DNA of 64,000 nt, from the NCBI GenBank assembly GCA_937879875.1, contig CALFMN010000102.1, forward strand, positions 5,556 through 69,555, given 5' to 3'. The notes below the pieces were generated by a model that saw nothing but the letters and a program-made list of their open reading frames with translations, was not told the DNA's origin and did no database searches. Below are positions 9,797 through 19,261 of this stretch, in pieces. Each line of letters begins with the position of its first letter. Within the stretch, counting starts at the first letter, position 1. This DNA is from an uncultured Chloroflexota bacterium. GTDB taxonomy: Bacteria; Chloroflexota; Dehalococcoidia; CAUJGQ01. Both the position numbers and the translations under genes were made by a program.

Positions 9797-10009
9797 TCAG
9801 CATGGGCTTGTCCTCAGCGGCGCCGGGCGGTGGTTGTGACGCCACGAGGGCATGCGGCGCCGCTGCTGGCGCTGAGCCTCTGTCCACCACACCCAGCAGC
9901 GGGCATGGAACGCCTGCGGCCCTTCCAGCGTCCCGCTGTCCATCCGTACCGTCAGCGTCTCGTCGATCGGAGCGATGGAATGACCACATGCGGCGCACAT
10001 TGAGCGCAT
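9797..10009 (-). CDS. Small hypothetical Cys/His/Trp-rich protein (70 aa)
   Basis: Good SD (GAGGGAGG, about 6 nt spacer) and high GC3. Contains a CAACGH...HARCW motif. No family recognised. Confidence 0.35.
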   Translation of the reverse strand: MRSMCAACGHSIAPIDETLTVRMDSGTLEGPQAFHARCWVWWTEAQRQQRRRMPSWRHNHRPAPLRTSPC

Positions 10010-10329
10010 CGTCGCCTCCCTCGCCGCGGCCCCTCAGCGACCGGGCGTGCTTCTTCCTCAGTTGTGTGGCTGAAGCCGTCAGTCGTGGTGCAGACGTTGA
10101 CTATTCCTCGACGCCGTCGCCACGCTGCCGAGCCGCTGCCGTACTGTCCGCGGCGGAGCATGATCATTGCTGCCTGAATGTATAAACGGTCCGCAGCGGC
10201 CAATTTGCACGGCCGAACCCGCATTGCCGATCGCGTCCGTGGATCGCTCGCAGCGCGTCAACATTGACGTGCGCGTTACGGTTGGGCTACGCTCCCGCCA
10301 GTGTCGCGCAGAGCACAGGGAGCAGGGCT

Positions 10330-11886
10330 ATGGCCGAACCGATCGTGCAGACGAGCGCCGGAGCAGTGCAGGGCGGCGCCGAGCCCAACGGGGTTCTCGT
10401 CTTCAAGGGTTTGCCCTACGGCGCACCAACCGGGGGTGAGCGCCGCTTCCTGCCGCCGCTGGCGGCCGCGCCGTGGAGCGGCGTGCGCGACGCCGCGGCC
10501 TTCGGGCCGATCTGTCCGCAGGGCGGCGCCGTCGCCAGCGGCTCGCTTGCCGACCAGCGTACGATCGGCTTTCTGCCCGACCTGCCGCAGAGCGAGGACT
10601 GCCTCGTGCTCAACGTCTGGACGCCGGGCGTTGGCGATGTGGCGGGCCGGCCGGTGATGGTCTGGCTGCACGGCCGCGGCTACGCCGAGGGCGCGGGCTC
10701 CGAGGGCTGGTACAACGGCGCTGCGCTGGCGCGGCGCGGCGATGTCGTCGTCGTCACGATCAACCACCGGCTCAACGTCTTCGGCTACCTGCATCTCGCC
10801 GATCTCGATCCCGCCTTCGCCGGATCGGGTGTCGCGGGGCTGCTCGACGTGGTGCTGGCGCTCGAGTGGGTGCGCGACAATATCGCGGCCTTCGGCGGCG
10901 ACCCGGGCAACGTCACGATCTTCGGCGAGTCGGGCGGAGGCGCCAAAGTCAGCACGCTGCTCGCCATGCCCGCGGCCGCGGGGCTGTTTCACCGCGCGAT
11001 CGTGCAGAGCGGCCCCAGCCTGCGCGGCACGGAGGCAGCGGAGGGCACCGCGTTCGCTGAGCGGCTGCTGGCGCATTTCGGCCTCAAGCCGAACGAGGCT
11101 GCGAAGCTGCAAACGCTTCCCTTCGAGCAGCTCACCGAGGCGCTGGCGAGCATGCCCCCACCGCCCGACGGCACGGCGACCATGGCCGGTGCGCCGCGGC
11201 GCACCGCGCTCTGGCTGCGCCCGGTGGTTGACGGCACGTACTTACCGCGGCACCCGTTCGACCCGGTCGCCGCGCCGACGGCGGCGCCTGTGCCGCTGCT
11301 GATCGGCACGAACAAAGACGAAGCCGCGCTGTTCCTCGCCGGCGATCCGCGCAGGCGCCGCCTTGAAGAGTACGAGCTGCTTGAGCGGCTGACGCGGCTG
11401 CTGGGTGAGCGGCGCGACGAGATTCTGGAGGTCTACCGCCGCAACCGCCCCGACGCCACGCCGTGGGATCTGCTGATCGGCATCTCCAGCGAGCCGACGC
11501 GGCTGGCCTCGATTCAGCTCGCGGAGCGCAAGGCGGCGGGCGGCCCGGCGCCGGTCTTCATGTATCTGTTCACCTGGGAGAGCGATGCGCTGGGCGGGTT
11601 GTTCAAGTCCTGCCACGCCCTGGAGATTCCGTTCGTCTTCAACCAGCCCGATGCGGCGCCGTTCACGGGCAGCAAAGCCAACCGTGGCGAACTGGCCGCC
11701 TCGATGAGCGACGCCTGGGCCGCATTCGCCCGCACCGGCGACCCGAACTGCTCCGGTCTGCCGCACTGGCCGGCGTACACGACGGACCGGCGCAGCACCA
11801 TGCTCTTCGACGTACCCTGCCGCGTCGAAGATGACCCGCGGCGCGAAGAGCGGCTGGTCTGGGAAGGCATGGCGCTGCGGCGGTAG
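10330..11886 (+). CDS. Carboxylesterase/lipase family protein (type B, para-nitrobenzyl esterase-like)
   Basis: [30 protein letters not shown], nucleophile elbow FGESGGG and LIGTNKDE are all hallmarks of type-B carboxylesterases. Start at ATG 10330. Confidence 0.85.
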   Translation: MAEPIVQTSAGAVQGGAEPNGVLVFKGLPYGAPTGGERRFLPPLAAAPWSGVRDAAAFGPICPQGGAVASGSLADQRTIGFLPDLPQSEDCLVLNVWTPGVGDVAGRPVMVWLHGRGYAEGAGSEGWYNGAALARRGDVVVVTINHRLNVFGYLHLADLDPAFAGSGVAGLLDVVLALEWVRDNIAAFGGDPGNVTIFGESGGGAKVSTLLAMPAAAGLFHRAIVQSGPSLRGTEAAEGTAFAERLLAHFGLKPNEAAKLQTLPFEQLTEALASMPPPPDGTATMAGAPRRTALWLRPVVDGTYLPRHPFDPVAAPTAAPVPLLIGTNKDEAALFLAGDPRRRRLEEYELLERLTRLLGERRDEILEVYRRNRPDATPWDLLIGISSEPTRLASIQLAERKAAGGPAPVFMYLFTWESDALGGLFKSCHALEIPFVFNQPDAAPFTGSKANRGELAASMSDAWAAFARTGDPNCSGLPHWPAYTTDRRSTMLFDVPCRVEDDPRREERLVWEGMALRR

Positions 11887-11971
11887 AGCTCCGGTCAAGT
11901 ACCTTACGTTGTGCCGCGATCGCGCTCCTCCGGCGGCGGCCCATGCCCTGGCTCGACCTCGCACACGGGAG

Positions 11972-12150
11972 TCATCCGGCCAAGAACATCCGGATCGCTA
12001 TGCTGTGGTCGTAGGCGTACTCGAAGATGCCGACGTGCCCGCCGCGCGGCATCACCTGCAGCCCGAGGCGTTCCTCACGCCGGAATCTGCGCGAACCGCG
12101 CCGTCTACGCGCTGACCCGGCTCCATCAGCAGCAAAACACGGCCTTGACA
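11972..12150 (-). pseudogene. Remnant of an alpha/beta-hydrolase C-terminus (frameshifted fragment)
   Basis: Two adjacent minus-strand frames read ...RVLLLMEPGQRVDGAVRA and FRREERLGLQVMPRGGHVGIFEYAYDHSIAIRMFLAG*. Joined, they resemble the C-terminal PxLLxxGxxD...GH...E...FL end of alpha/beta hydrolases. There is no N-terminal part and no start codon. Confidence 0.4.
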
Positions 12151-12335
12151 GCGAAAAGGGGGGGGTGTACACCCTGTCCATACAAGGTACCCCGTGCAGT
12201 CGATAGGCCTTATCTCGATCGATTCTTGCACGACGCGTGCGTTCTCACCTTCCCTCAGCCATGGGTGCAACGGGGCGTGGCCGCGCTGGCTACGGCTCTT
12301 GCTGGTCATTCCTTGATCAGCCGAGGAGGGACGTT

Positions 12336-14258
12336 ATGGAGAGCAGCGGGTACTGGCAACACCTGGCTCAGGGCGGGCGGACCACGCGCCGGCGGGTGCT
12401 GGCCACCGGCGGCGCGGCCGCCGGCACGCTGTTCCTCGCGGCCTGCAGCGGATCGGGCAGCAAGAAGAGCAGTAGCAGCACCGGCAATGCGGGCGCCAAC
12501 ACGCAGGCCGGAGCCCCCACGTCGTCGGGGTCCGTTGCCAGCGGCGCGCCGCTCACGGCGACGGCGTCCGCGAATGGCTCACGTGGCAACCCGACGTCAC
12601 CTATCTACCTGGATGCGAAGAGCAAACCGGTCACCGGCAAGGAGACTATCGAGGAGCTGCGGGAGCGCTTCCATCCCCGTAACCTCAAGTACTTACCCGG
12701 CTGGAAGAACAACCCCAAGTACGGTGGTACGCTGCGCTGGTTCAGCGACATGCCGACGAGCTGGGACTTCTCCGACGCGGCAGCATCGCTCCTGGCCAGT
12801 TATGCGATGTTCCACAACGGTCTGATGACGTTCGAGATGGGCGATCTGAGCGACAACCTGAACCTGGTCACGACCGAGCTGGACCTGGCGAAATCCTATG
12901 AGCAGACCGATCAGTTGACCCTGACCTTCAAGCTCCAGCCGAACGTCAAATGGCAGAACGTGCCGCCGGTGAACGGGCGTCTGTTCACCTCCGAGGACGT
13001 CAAGTACTGCACCGAGGTCTACCAGAAAGCGCCCGTGCAGAGCACGATCTACCGCGACGTCGATCACGTCGAGGTGCCGGACGCCAATACCGTCGTATTC
13101 AAGATGAAGCAGCCCGTCGCGTACTTCTTGAACGTCCTGCGCCAACCACACAACCTCATCTTCTCGCGCGAGCAGCACGACTCGCCCAACGGCCTCAAGG
13201 ACGGCCCGATCGGAACCGGTGCGTTCATTTTCACCGGCGGAACACTGCACGTTGGTTGGAAAGCGCGCAAGAACCCGGACTATTTTAAGAAGGATAAGTG
13301 GACCGGCCAACAGTTGCCGTATCTCGACGGGATAGAGACGCTGTACGTGGCCGATTCGAACGCGGCCGTGGCCGGCGTGCGATCGAAACAGGTCGACGTA
13401 TACGGGGCGCCCACACGTAACATCTGGATGGACCTGCTCAAGACCAACCCGGAGTTGGTCACCCAGATCACCACGCCGCCGCCGAGCTATCAGCCCTTCA
13501 TCGGCATCCGTAACGATAAGCCACCGTTCAACGATCCGCGCGTGCGGCAGGCGATGTCGTTGGCGATCGATCGTCAAGCCATCATTGATAGCGTGTTCTT
13601 CGGCATGGCCGGCTATGGCTACGCACAAGATTGGACGTACTTCGGCCAGGAGTGGCCCTGGACGCTGGACCAGGTCGGCCAGTACATGCAGTTCGACGTG
13701 AAGAAGGCCAAGCAGCTCCTGGCCGCCGCGGGCCTCAGTAACGGTATCGGCCGCAAGATGGAACTCTATCACGTGGCCGCGACCGGCTACAACTTCGACA
13801 CGGGGCAGCTAGTGGCCGACAACTGGCAGCGCAACCTCGGCATCGACGTGACGCAGACGACGCCACCCGACTACGCGTCCTGGGTGAACAAGCTGTACAA
13901 CGTCCAGTATGACGACACGATCGTTGTCGGTGTGGCCGGCCCAAGCCTTGACCCGGATGCGTACGCGTTCGACCCGCTGAACTCACATTCGACCAAGAAC
14001 TATTTCAAAGTCAATGACCCGCAACTGGATCAACTGACCCAGGCGCAGCGGGTGGAGTTCGACGTTCCCAAGCGCCAGGGGATCTTGCGGGAAATCATGG
14101 CCCGCGACCTAGATCAGGCCTACCGGATGTGGACGGTGACCCAGTACAAGATCAACGCCCGCTTCCCGTATCTGTACAACGCGGTCGATCAGGTCCACGC
14201 CTGGGGACCGGCGGGCTGGGGCTCCAAAGTCTGTGAGCTGATCTGGATGGACAAGTAG
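12336..14258 (+). CDS. ABC transporter substrate-binding lipoprotein, family 5 (peptide/nickel type)
   Basis: ATG at 12336 follows GAGGAGGG. Tat-like RRRVLATGGAAAGTLFLAAC signal with a lipobox Cys and a Ser/Gly-rich linker. Size (about 640 aa) and motifs fit DppA/OppA-like proteins. Confidence 0.85.
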   Translation: MESSGYWQHLAQGGRTTRRRVLATGGAAAGTLFLAACSGSGSKKSSSSTGNAGANTQAGAPTSSGSVASGAPLTATASANGSRGNPTSPIYLDAKSKPVTGKETIEELRERFHPRNLKYLPGWKNNPKYGGTLRWFSDMPTSWDFSDAAASLLASYAMFHNGLMTFEMGDLSDNLNLVTTELDLAKSYEQTDQLTLTFKLQPNVKWQNVPPVNGRLFTSEDVKYCTEVYQKAPVQSTIYRDVDHVEVPDANTVVFKMKQPVAYFLNVLRQPHNLIFSREQHDSPNGLKDGPIGTGAFIFTGGTLHVGWKARKNPDYFKKDKWTGQQLPYLDGIETLYVADSNAAVAGVRSKQVDVYGAPTRNIWMDLLKTNPELVTQITTPPPSYQPFIGIRNDKPPFNDPRVRQAMSLAIDRQAIIDSVFFGMAGYGYAQDWTYFGQEWPWTLDQVGQYMQFDVKKAKQLLAAAGLSNGIGRKMELYHVAATGYNFDTGQLVADNWQRNLGIDVTQTTPPDYASWVNKLYNVQYDDTIVVGVAGPSLDPDAYAFDPLNSHSTKNYFKVNDPQLDQLTQAQRVEFDVPKRQGILREIMARDLDQAYRMWTVTQYKINARFPYLYNAVDQVHAWGPAGWGSKVCELIWMDK

Positions 14259-14317
14259 CCCTCTCGGCGGGAGCAGGCGGGCATGCGATCGAGCCCGCGG
14301 ACTGTGGGGCACCGGCA

Positions 14318-15271
14318 ATGACGAACTACATCATCCGGCGCACGGCCGCCGCGGTGTTCGTCCTGCTCGTCATGTCCATCGTCATCTTCCGGCTGGTGCA
14401 CTGGCTGCCGGGCGACGTCCTGCTGGTGAAGCTCGGGGAAGGCGGACGGGTTGCGCCGGCCCAAATGGCGCTGGCGCGCAAGGAGATGGGGCTCGACCGG
14501 CCGCTGGTGGTGCAATACACCTCATGGTTGGGCAACATCGTGCGCGGCAATTTCGGGCACTCGCTGCTCTACCCGAACAAGACCGTGCTCGGCCTGTACG
14601 GCGACGGCCTGCCCATCACCATCGAACTGGCCGTGCTTGGGCTCATCCTGGCGCTGCTGATCGCGATCCCGGTCGGCGTGCTCTCCGCGGTCAAGCAGGA
14701 TACCTGGCTGGACTATGTCACCCGCGTCACCGCGATCGCTGGGCTTGCGGTGCCTAGCTTTTGGCTCGGAACCCTCGCCTTGCTGTACGGACAGCTCTGG
14801 TTCCACTGGACACCACCGTTGCGGTACATCTCATTCGGGCGAAACCCGGGCAGCAACATGCAGATGTTTGTCTTGCCCGCCGTGATTCTCGGCTTCGGCA
14901 TCGGCGCGGGGATGACCCGCATTACGCGGAGCAGCGTGCTGGAAGCGCTGCGCAACGACTACGTGCGCACGGCGCGGGCGAAAGGGCTACGCTCTGGCAC
15001 GGTGATCGTCCGGCACGTGCTGCGCAACTCGCTCATCCCGGTGACCACCGTCCTTGGTCTGCAGGTCGGCGCACTGCTCGGTGGCCAGGTGATCCTGGAG
15101 CAACTCTTCAGCCTGCCCGGTATCGGACAGATCACGTTGAACGGCGTGCTCACGCGAGACTACACCGTGATCCAGGGCGGCGCGCTGATGATCGGTTCCG
15201 TCGTAGTCTTCATGAACCTGCTGGTCGACGTGTCATACGTCTTCCTGGATCCGCGGATCAGGTACGGGTAA
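14318..15271 (+). CDS. ABC transporter permease (DppB/OppB-like)
   Basis: Starts MTNYIIRRTAAAVFVLLVMSIVIF, as is typical. EAA loop region present (...RTARAKGLRSGTVIVRHVLRNSLIP...). Confidence 0.9.
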   Translation: MTNYIIRRTAAAVFVLLVMSIVIFRLVHWLPGDVLLVKLGEGGRVAPAQMALARKEMGLDRPLVVQYTSWLGNIVRGNFGHSLLYPNKTVLGLYGDGLPITIELAVLGLILALLIAIPVGVLSAVKQDTWLDYVTRVTAIAGLAVPSFWLGTLALLYGQLWFHWTPPLRYISFGRNPGSNMQMFVLPAVILGFGIGAGMTRITRSSVLEALRNDYVRTARAKGLRSGTVIVRHVLRNSLIPVTTVLGLQVGALLGGQVILEQLFSLPGIGQITLNGVLTRDYTVIQGGALMIGSVVVFMNLLVDVSYVFLDPRIRYG

Positions 15272-15320
15272 GCGCGGACTGGCGGTCAACGCGGGCATCG
15301 TCGCTCCGTGGAGGTGCCAG

Positions 15321-16241
15321 GTGACGATCGAAGGCGCCTTGCTCGACACCGAACCAGGCAAAGTTGCCGGCGAGCTTGATTCCCTGCGTCCACGGCGCGG
15401 TCGCGCGGGGCGCCTATTGCTCGTTGCCCGCAGGAAGCCCCTCGGTACGATCTCTCTGGCTGTGATCGTGGTGCTGGTGGTGACCGCGGTCTTCGCGCCG
15501 CTGATCGCGCCCTATGATCCGACGGCCACGCACCCGCGCCAGAAGTTGCAAAGCTCGAGCGCACAGTTCCTGCTCGGAACCGACAACCTCGGTCGCGACA
15601 CCTTCAGCCAAATCGTGCACGGCGCCCGTACCTCGCTGTGGGCCGGTGTCTCCGCCACCGTCTTCGGCACCATCCTGGGTTCGCTCATCGGCATGGCCAG
15701 CGGTTACGCAGGCGGTCGCACCGACATGGCGATCCAGCGATTTATGGACGCGCTCCAAGCGTTGCCGCTGATCGTGCTGTTGCTGGTCGTCGTGGTGGCG
15801 CTTGGGCCGAGCCTGTGGAACATCGTCTTGGCGCTGTCCATCGGCATCTTGCCCGCCGCCGGCAGAATCATCCGCGGCGCCACGCTCACGGTGAAGACGG
15901 AAACCTACATCGAGGCGGCGCGCGTCGTGGGCGCCCAGCCGTTTCGTATCCTGTTTCGACACGTGCTCCCCAACGTCACCGCGTATATCATCGTGATCGC
16001 CTCGGTGACGGTCGGCGGCGCCATCCTCGCCGAGGCCGGCCTGAGCTTCCTGGGCCTGGGCGTACCACCGCCCACGCCATCATGGGGCGGCATGCTGACG
16101 AACGCGGGGCGGCGGTTCTTCGAAGAGCAACCCGGACTCGCCATCTACCCCGGGCTCGCTATCTTTGTGTCTGTGCTCTCCTTCAACTTGCTGGGCGACA
16201 CTCTCCGCGACGTGTTCGACCCGCGGCTGCGCGGCCGCTAA
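15321..16241 (+). CDS. ABC transporter permease (DppC/OppC-like)
   Basis: GTG start. Contains LLGTDNLGRDTFSQIVHGARTSL and the EAA loop YIEAARVVGAQPFRILFRHVLPN. No ATPase gene follows. Confidence 0.9.
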   Translation: MTIEGALLDTEPGKVAGELDSLRPRRGRAGRLLLVARRKPLGTISLAVIVVLVVTAVFAPLIAPYDPTATHPRQKLQSSSAQFLLGTDNLGRDTFSQIVHGARTSLWAGVSATVFGTILGSLIGMASGYAGGRTDMAIQRFMDALQALPLIVLLLVVVVALGPSLWNIVLALSIGILPAAGRIIRGATLTVKTETYIEAARVVGAQPFRILFRHVLPNVTAYIIVIASVTVGGAILAEAGLSFLGLGVPPPTPSWGGMLTNAGRRFFEEQPGLAIYPGLAIFVSVLSFNLLGDTLRDVFDPRLRGR

Positions 16242-16301
16242 CGGCTGTCCGTGCGATCGTCCGGCTTCGTTGCCGTGCTGCCGGCCGCGCAGGCGCCGGT
16301 C

Positions 16302-16412
16302 TCTACGTCGTCATCAGCATGGGCGAGCGCGGCGCCGGCGCGATCGCGTCGGGGCCAAGCGCGTACGCATCCTTCTGACAGACCTGGATGCGGTAGCAGC
16401 CGGGGTCGGCGA
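16302..16412. repeat. Direct repeat copy A: orphan duplicate of the 3' end of the NHL-repeat gene
   Basis: About 110 bp aligns by eye with 18092-18203 at about 89% identity (12 mismatches in about 107 nt). The minus strand would encode ...YRIQVCQKDAYALGPDAIAPAPRSPMLMTT*, but there is no upstream ORF. Confidence 0.85.
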
Positions 16413-16542
16413 TCTCGCGGCAGGTCTGGTTGCGCGCCTCGGCGGCGTGTCAGTGCGGAGGCAGGGCCGGCCGGTGACGTGCCGCCGTCCGAGCCGTAAG
16501 CCGGCCGTTCACGCGCTCCGGCCGCGGCGCTGACCGATGCCG

Positions 16543-18000
16543 CTATCCTACCGGCAGGCGGTTGAGGCCGGCGGCGGCCGCGGCCTGCTGCACGGCGCCG
16601 GCGACGGCGGGCACGACCTGCCTGTTGAACACTGACGGCACGATATACTCCTCCGAGAGCTCATCCTCGGCGACCAGCCCCGCCAACGCCTCGGCAGCCG
16701 CGATCTTCATCGCGTCGTTGACGCCGCGCGCACGGCAGTCGAGCAGCCCGCGGAAGACACCCGGAAACGCCAGCACATTGTTGATCTGGTTGGGGTAGTC
16801 GCTGCGGCCGGTCGCCACGATGCGTACGTTCTCCGGCATCTCTTCGGGCATGATCTCCGGCGTCGGGTTGGCAAGCGCGAAGGCGATCGCACGAGGACGC
16901 ATCGCCGCCAGCCACTCGCCACGCGCCAGGTTCGGGCCGCTCAAGCCGATGAAGGCGTCGGCGCCGCGCAGCGCTTCGGCCAGATCGCCGGTGACACGCT
17001 CGCGGTTGGTGTGCTCGGCGATCCACTGCTTTTGCGGGTTCATATGCTCGGTTCTGCCCGCGTAGACGACGCCGGCGCGGTCGACAGTGATCACGTCGCC
17101 GACGCCCGCCTGCAGCAGCAGCTTCGTCGAGGCGACGGCCGAGGCGCCGAGGCCGAGCACCACCAGCTTCATCTTCCCCAGCCGCCGTCCGCTGCAGCGA
17201 GCGGCATTCAGCATCGCTGCGAGGACGACGATCGCCGTGCCGTGCTGATCGTCGTGAAAGACGGGGATGTCGAGCCGGCGGCTCAGCTCCTCCTCCACCG
17301 TGAAGCAGGCCGGCGCCGCCACGTCCTCAAGGTTGATGCCGCCGAAGCCCGGCGCGATCGCGGCGCCGACTTCGATCAACTGCTCGGGACTCTCGACCCG
17401 CACGCAGATGGGATAAGCATCGACGCCGGCAAACTCCTTGAAGAGCAGCGCCTTGCCCTCCATCACCGGCATCGCCGCCTCGGGGCCGATATCGCCCAGC
17501 CCCAGCACCGCCGATCCATCCGTGAGCACGGCCACCGCGTTGCGCTTGATCGTCAGCTCCCAGACGCGCTCCGGCTGCGCCGCGATCGCCTGTGAGACGC
17601 GGCCCACGCCCGGCGTGTAGGCCATCGAGAGGTCGTCGCGGGTGCGCACCGGCAGCTTCGAGCTGACAGCGATCTTCCCGCCCTGGTGGAGGGCGAAGGT
17701 GCGGTCGATCGCCTCAAGCAACTCGATGCCCGCGATCTCCCGCACCGCGGCGATCACCTGCGCGCTGTGCTCCTCATCACGGCACTTCACGGCGATGTCC
17801 CGCACGACCTCGCTGCCGCGGTGCTCGACGATGTCGACGGCGTCGATATCGCCGCCGGCCTGCCCAATCGCCGTAGTCAGCCGGCCCAGCATGCCGGGGA
17901 TGCTGCGGATCCGCGTGCGCAGCGTGAAGGTGTAGCCTGCCGACGGGGTGATGCTCGTCACGAAAACCCTCTCAGTTGGCCAGCCAGCCCGGCTAGCCAT
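16543..18000 (-). CDS. NAD(P)-dependent malic enzyme with N-terminal ACT domain
   Basis: The N-terminal ~80 aa look like an ACT domain (TLRTRIRSIPGMLGRLTTAIGQAGGDIDAVDIV). These are followed by LSMAYTPGV, GLGDIGPEAAMPVMEGKALLFKEFAGVDAYPICV and the NAD-binding VLGLGASAVA motif. Confidence 0.9.
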   Translation of the reverse strand: MASRAGWPTERVFVTSITPSAGYTFTLRTRIRSIPGMLGRLTTAIGQAGGDIDAVDIVEHRGSEVVRDIAVKCRDEEHSAQVIAAVREIAGIELLEAIDRTFALHQGGKIAVSSKLPVRTRDDLSMAYTPGVGRVSQAIAAQPERVWELTIKRNAVAVLTDGSAVLGLGDIGPEAAMPVMEGKALLFKEFAGVDAYPICVRVESPEQLIEVGAAIAPGFGGINLEDVAAPACFTVEEELSRRLDIPVFHDDQHGTAIVVLAAMLNAARCSGRRLGKMKLVVLGLGASAVASTKLLLQAGVGDVITVDRAGVVYAGRTEHMNPQKQWIAEHTNRERVTGDLAEALRGADAFIGLSGPNLARGEWLAAMRPRAIAFALANPTPEIMPEEMPENVRIVATGRSDYPNQINNVLAFPGVFRGLLDCRARGVNDAMKIAAAEALAGLVAEDELSEEYIVPSVFNRQVVPAVAGAVQQAAAAAGLNRLPVG

Positions 18001-18091
18001 CGGCCTGCAACCGCACCAGTTCCGGCAATGCGATCAGGCACTCGGTTGCGTTACGGAGTGCGTCGCGTGCGCCGCCACGACGCCTGCCGAA

Positions 18092-18203
18092 TCTACGTCG
18101 TCATCAGCGTGGGCGAGCGCGGGACTGGCGCGATCGCCTCCGGGCCGAGCGCGTACGCCTCTTTCTGATAGACCTGGATGCGGTGGCAGCCGTGGTCGCA
18201 GAT
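18092..18203. repeat. Direct repeat copy B (inside the 3' end of the NHL-repeat gene)
   Basis: Partner of 16302-16412. The two copies bracket the malic enzyme gene. Confidence 0.85.
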
Positions 18204-19112
18204 GAAGAGGCGGCCCTCGGCATCGACGCGTACGGAGCCCGGGCCTTTCAGCCGCTTCTGCGGCTCAAGCCGCGCCATCTCGCGCAGGCGCAGCGGCTTC
18301 GGATTCGCCAGCAGGTAGTCGCGGGCCACGCGCGAGAGTGTCGCATCGCCGACGAACTGCTCGACGTAGCGGCCGTCGGGATTGAAGAGCTGCACGCGGT
18401 TGTTGCCCCAGTCCGCCACGTAGATGTCGCCGTCGCGGTCCACCGCCAGGCCTGCCGGCCGGTTGAGCTGCCCTGCTTCTGCGCCGGACGAGCCGAACGC
18501 GGAGAGAAAGGCGCCATCGGCGCTGAAGGTCTGCACGCGGTCGTTGCGCCAGTCGCTGACGTACACGCGGCCTTCGTCATCCACAGCGATGCCCCAGGGC
18601 ATGTTGAACTCGCCGGGACCGCTGCCGAACCTGCCCCACGTTGAGAGGAAGCGGCCGTCGCGGGAAAACTTCTGCACGCGGTGGTTCATGGTGTCCACCA
18701 CGAACAGATTCTCCTCGTCGGATGTGTCGAAGGCGATGCCAGAGGGGCGGTTGAGCTGGCCCTCGCCGCTGCCCGCCTCGCCCCAGGTGCCGAGGCACTG
18801 CCCCTCGCGATCCATGATCGTGATGCGGTTCAGCGCCTCGTCGGAGATCAGCAGCCGCTCCTCGCGGTCGCGGATCAGCGCCGCCGGCCACAGGAACTTG
18901 CCCTCGGCCGTGCCGGCGCCGCCGATCACGTCGCGGTCCTCGTCGTCCCAGCTGTAGCGGCGGATCTCCGTGCCCAGTTCGCCGCGGCAGAGCACGTAGA
19001 TGCGGCCCTCATCGCCCAGGGCGACGTCCACCGGATTCGTAGTCAGGCGGCGCATCCCCAGCGTCTTGATATAGGGAAAGCCCGCCCGCAGCAGGGCATG
19101 TGCTCTCGGCAT
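18093..19112 (-). CDS. NHL repeat-containing beta-propeller protein
   Basis: Start at ATG 19112 follows AGGAAGGAG. Six repeats of the form G.G.GQLNRP.G(I/L)AVD..G.(I/L)YV(A/S)D..N.R(V/I)Q.F. Confidence 0.8.
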   Translation of the reverse strand: MPRAHALLRAGFPYIKTLGMRRLTTNPVDVALGDEGRIYVLCRGELGTEIRRYSWDDEDRDVIGGAGTAEGKFLWPAALIRDREERLLISDEALNRITIMDREGQCLGTWGEAGSGEGQLNRPSGIAFDTSDEENLFVVDTMNHRVQKFSRDGRFLSTWGRFGSGPGEFNMPWGIAVDDEGRVYVSDWRNDRVQTFSADGAFLSAFGSSGAEAGQLNRPAGLAVDRDGDIYVADWGNNRVQLFNPDGRYVEQFVGDATLSRVARDYLLANPKPLRLREMARLEPQKRLKGPGSVRVDAEGRLFICDHGCHRIQVYQKEAYALGPEAIAPVPRSPTLMTT

Positions 19113-19261
19113 CGCTCGTCGGCTCCTTCCTGGCAGCGTCGCGTGAATCTCACCGCTCTCTTGCGCCGCTGGTCGCGCCTGGCGGCGCGAAGGGCGCAGC
19201 ATTGAAAGGTCTCCGACGGTTGCGCTCAGCTATGGGCGCCCCTACGTCTGTCGCTGTGGCG

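Noticed and set aside
16302-16412. Orphan repeat copy A as a functional small gene
   Set aside because: The minus-strand frame is open for only about 37 codons homologous to the NHL C-terminus. It has no start codon or SD and no NHL repeats upstream.
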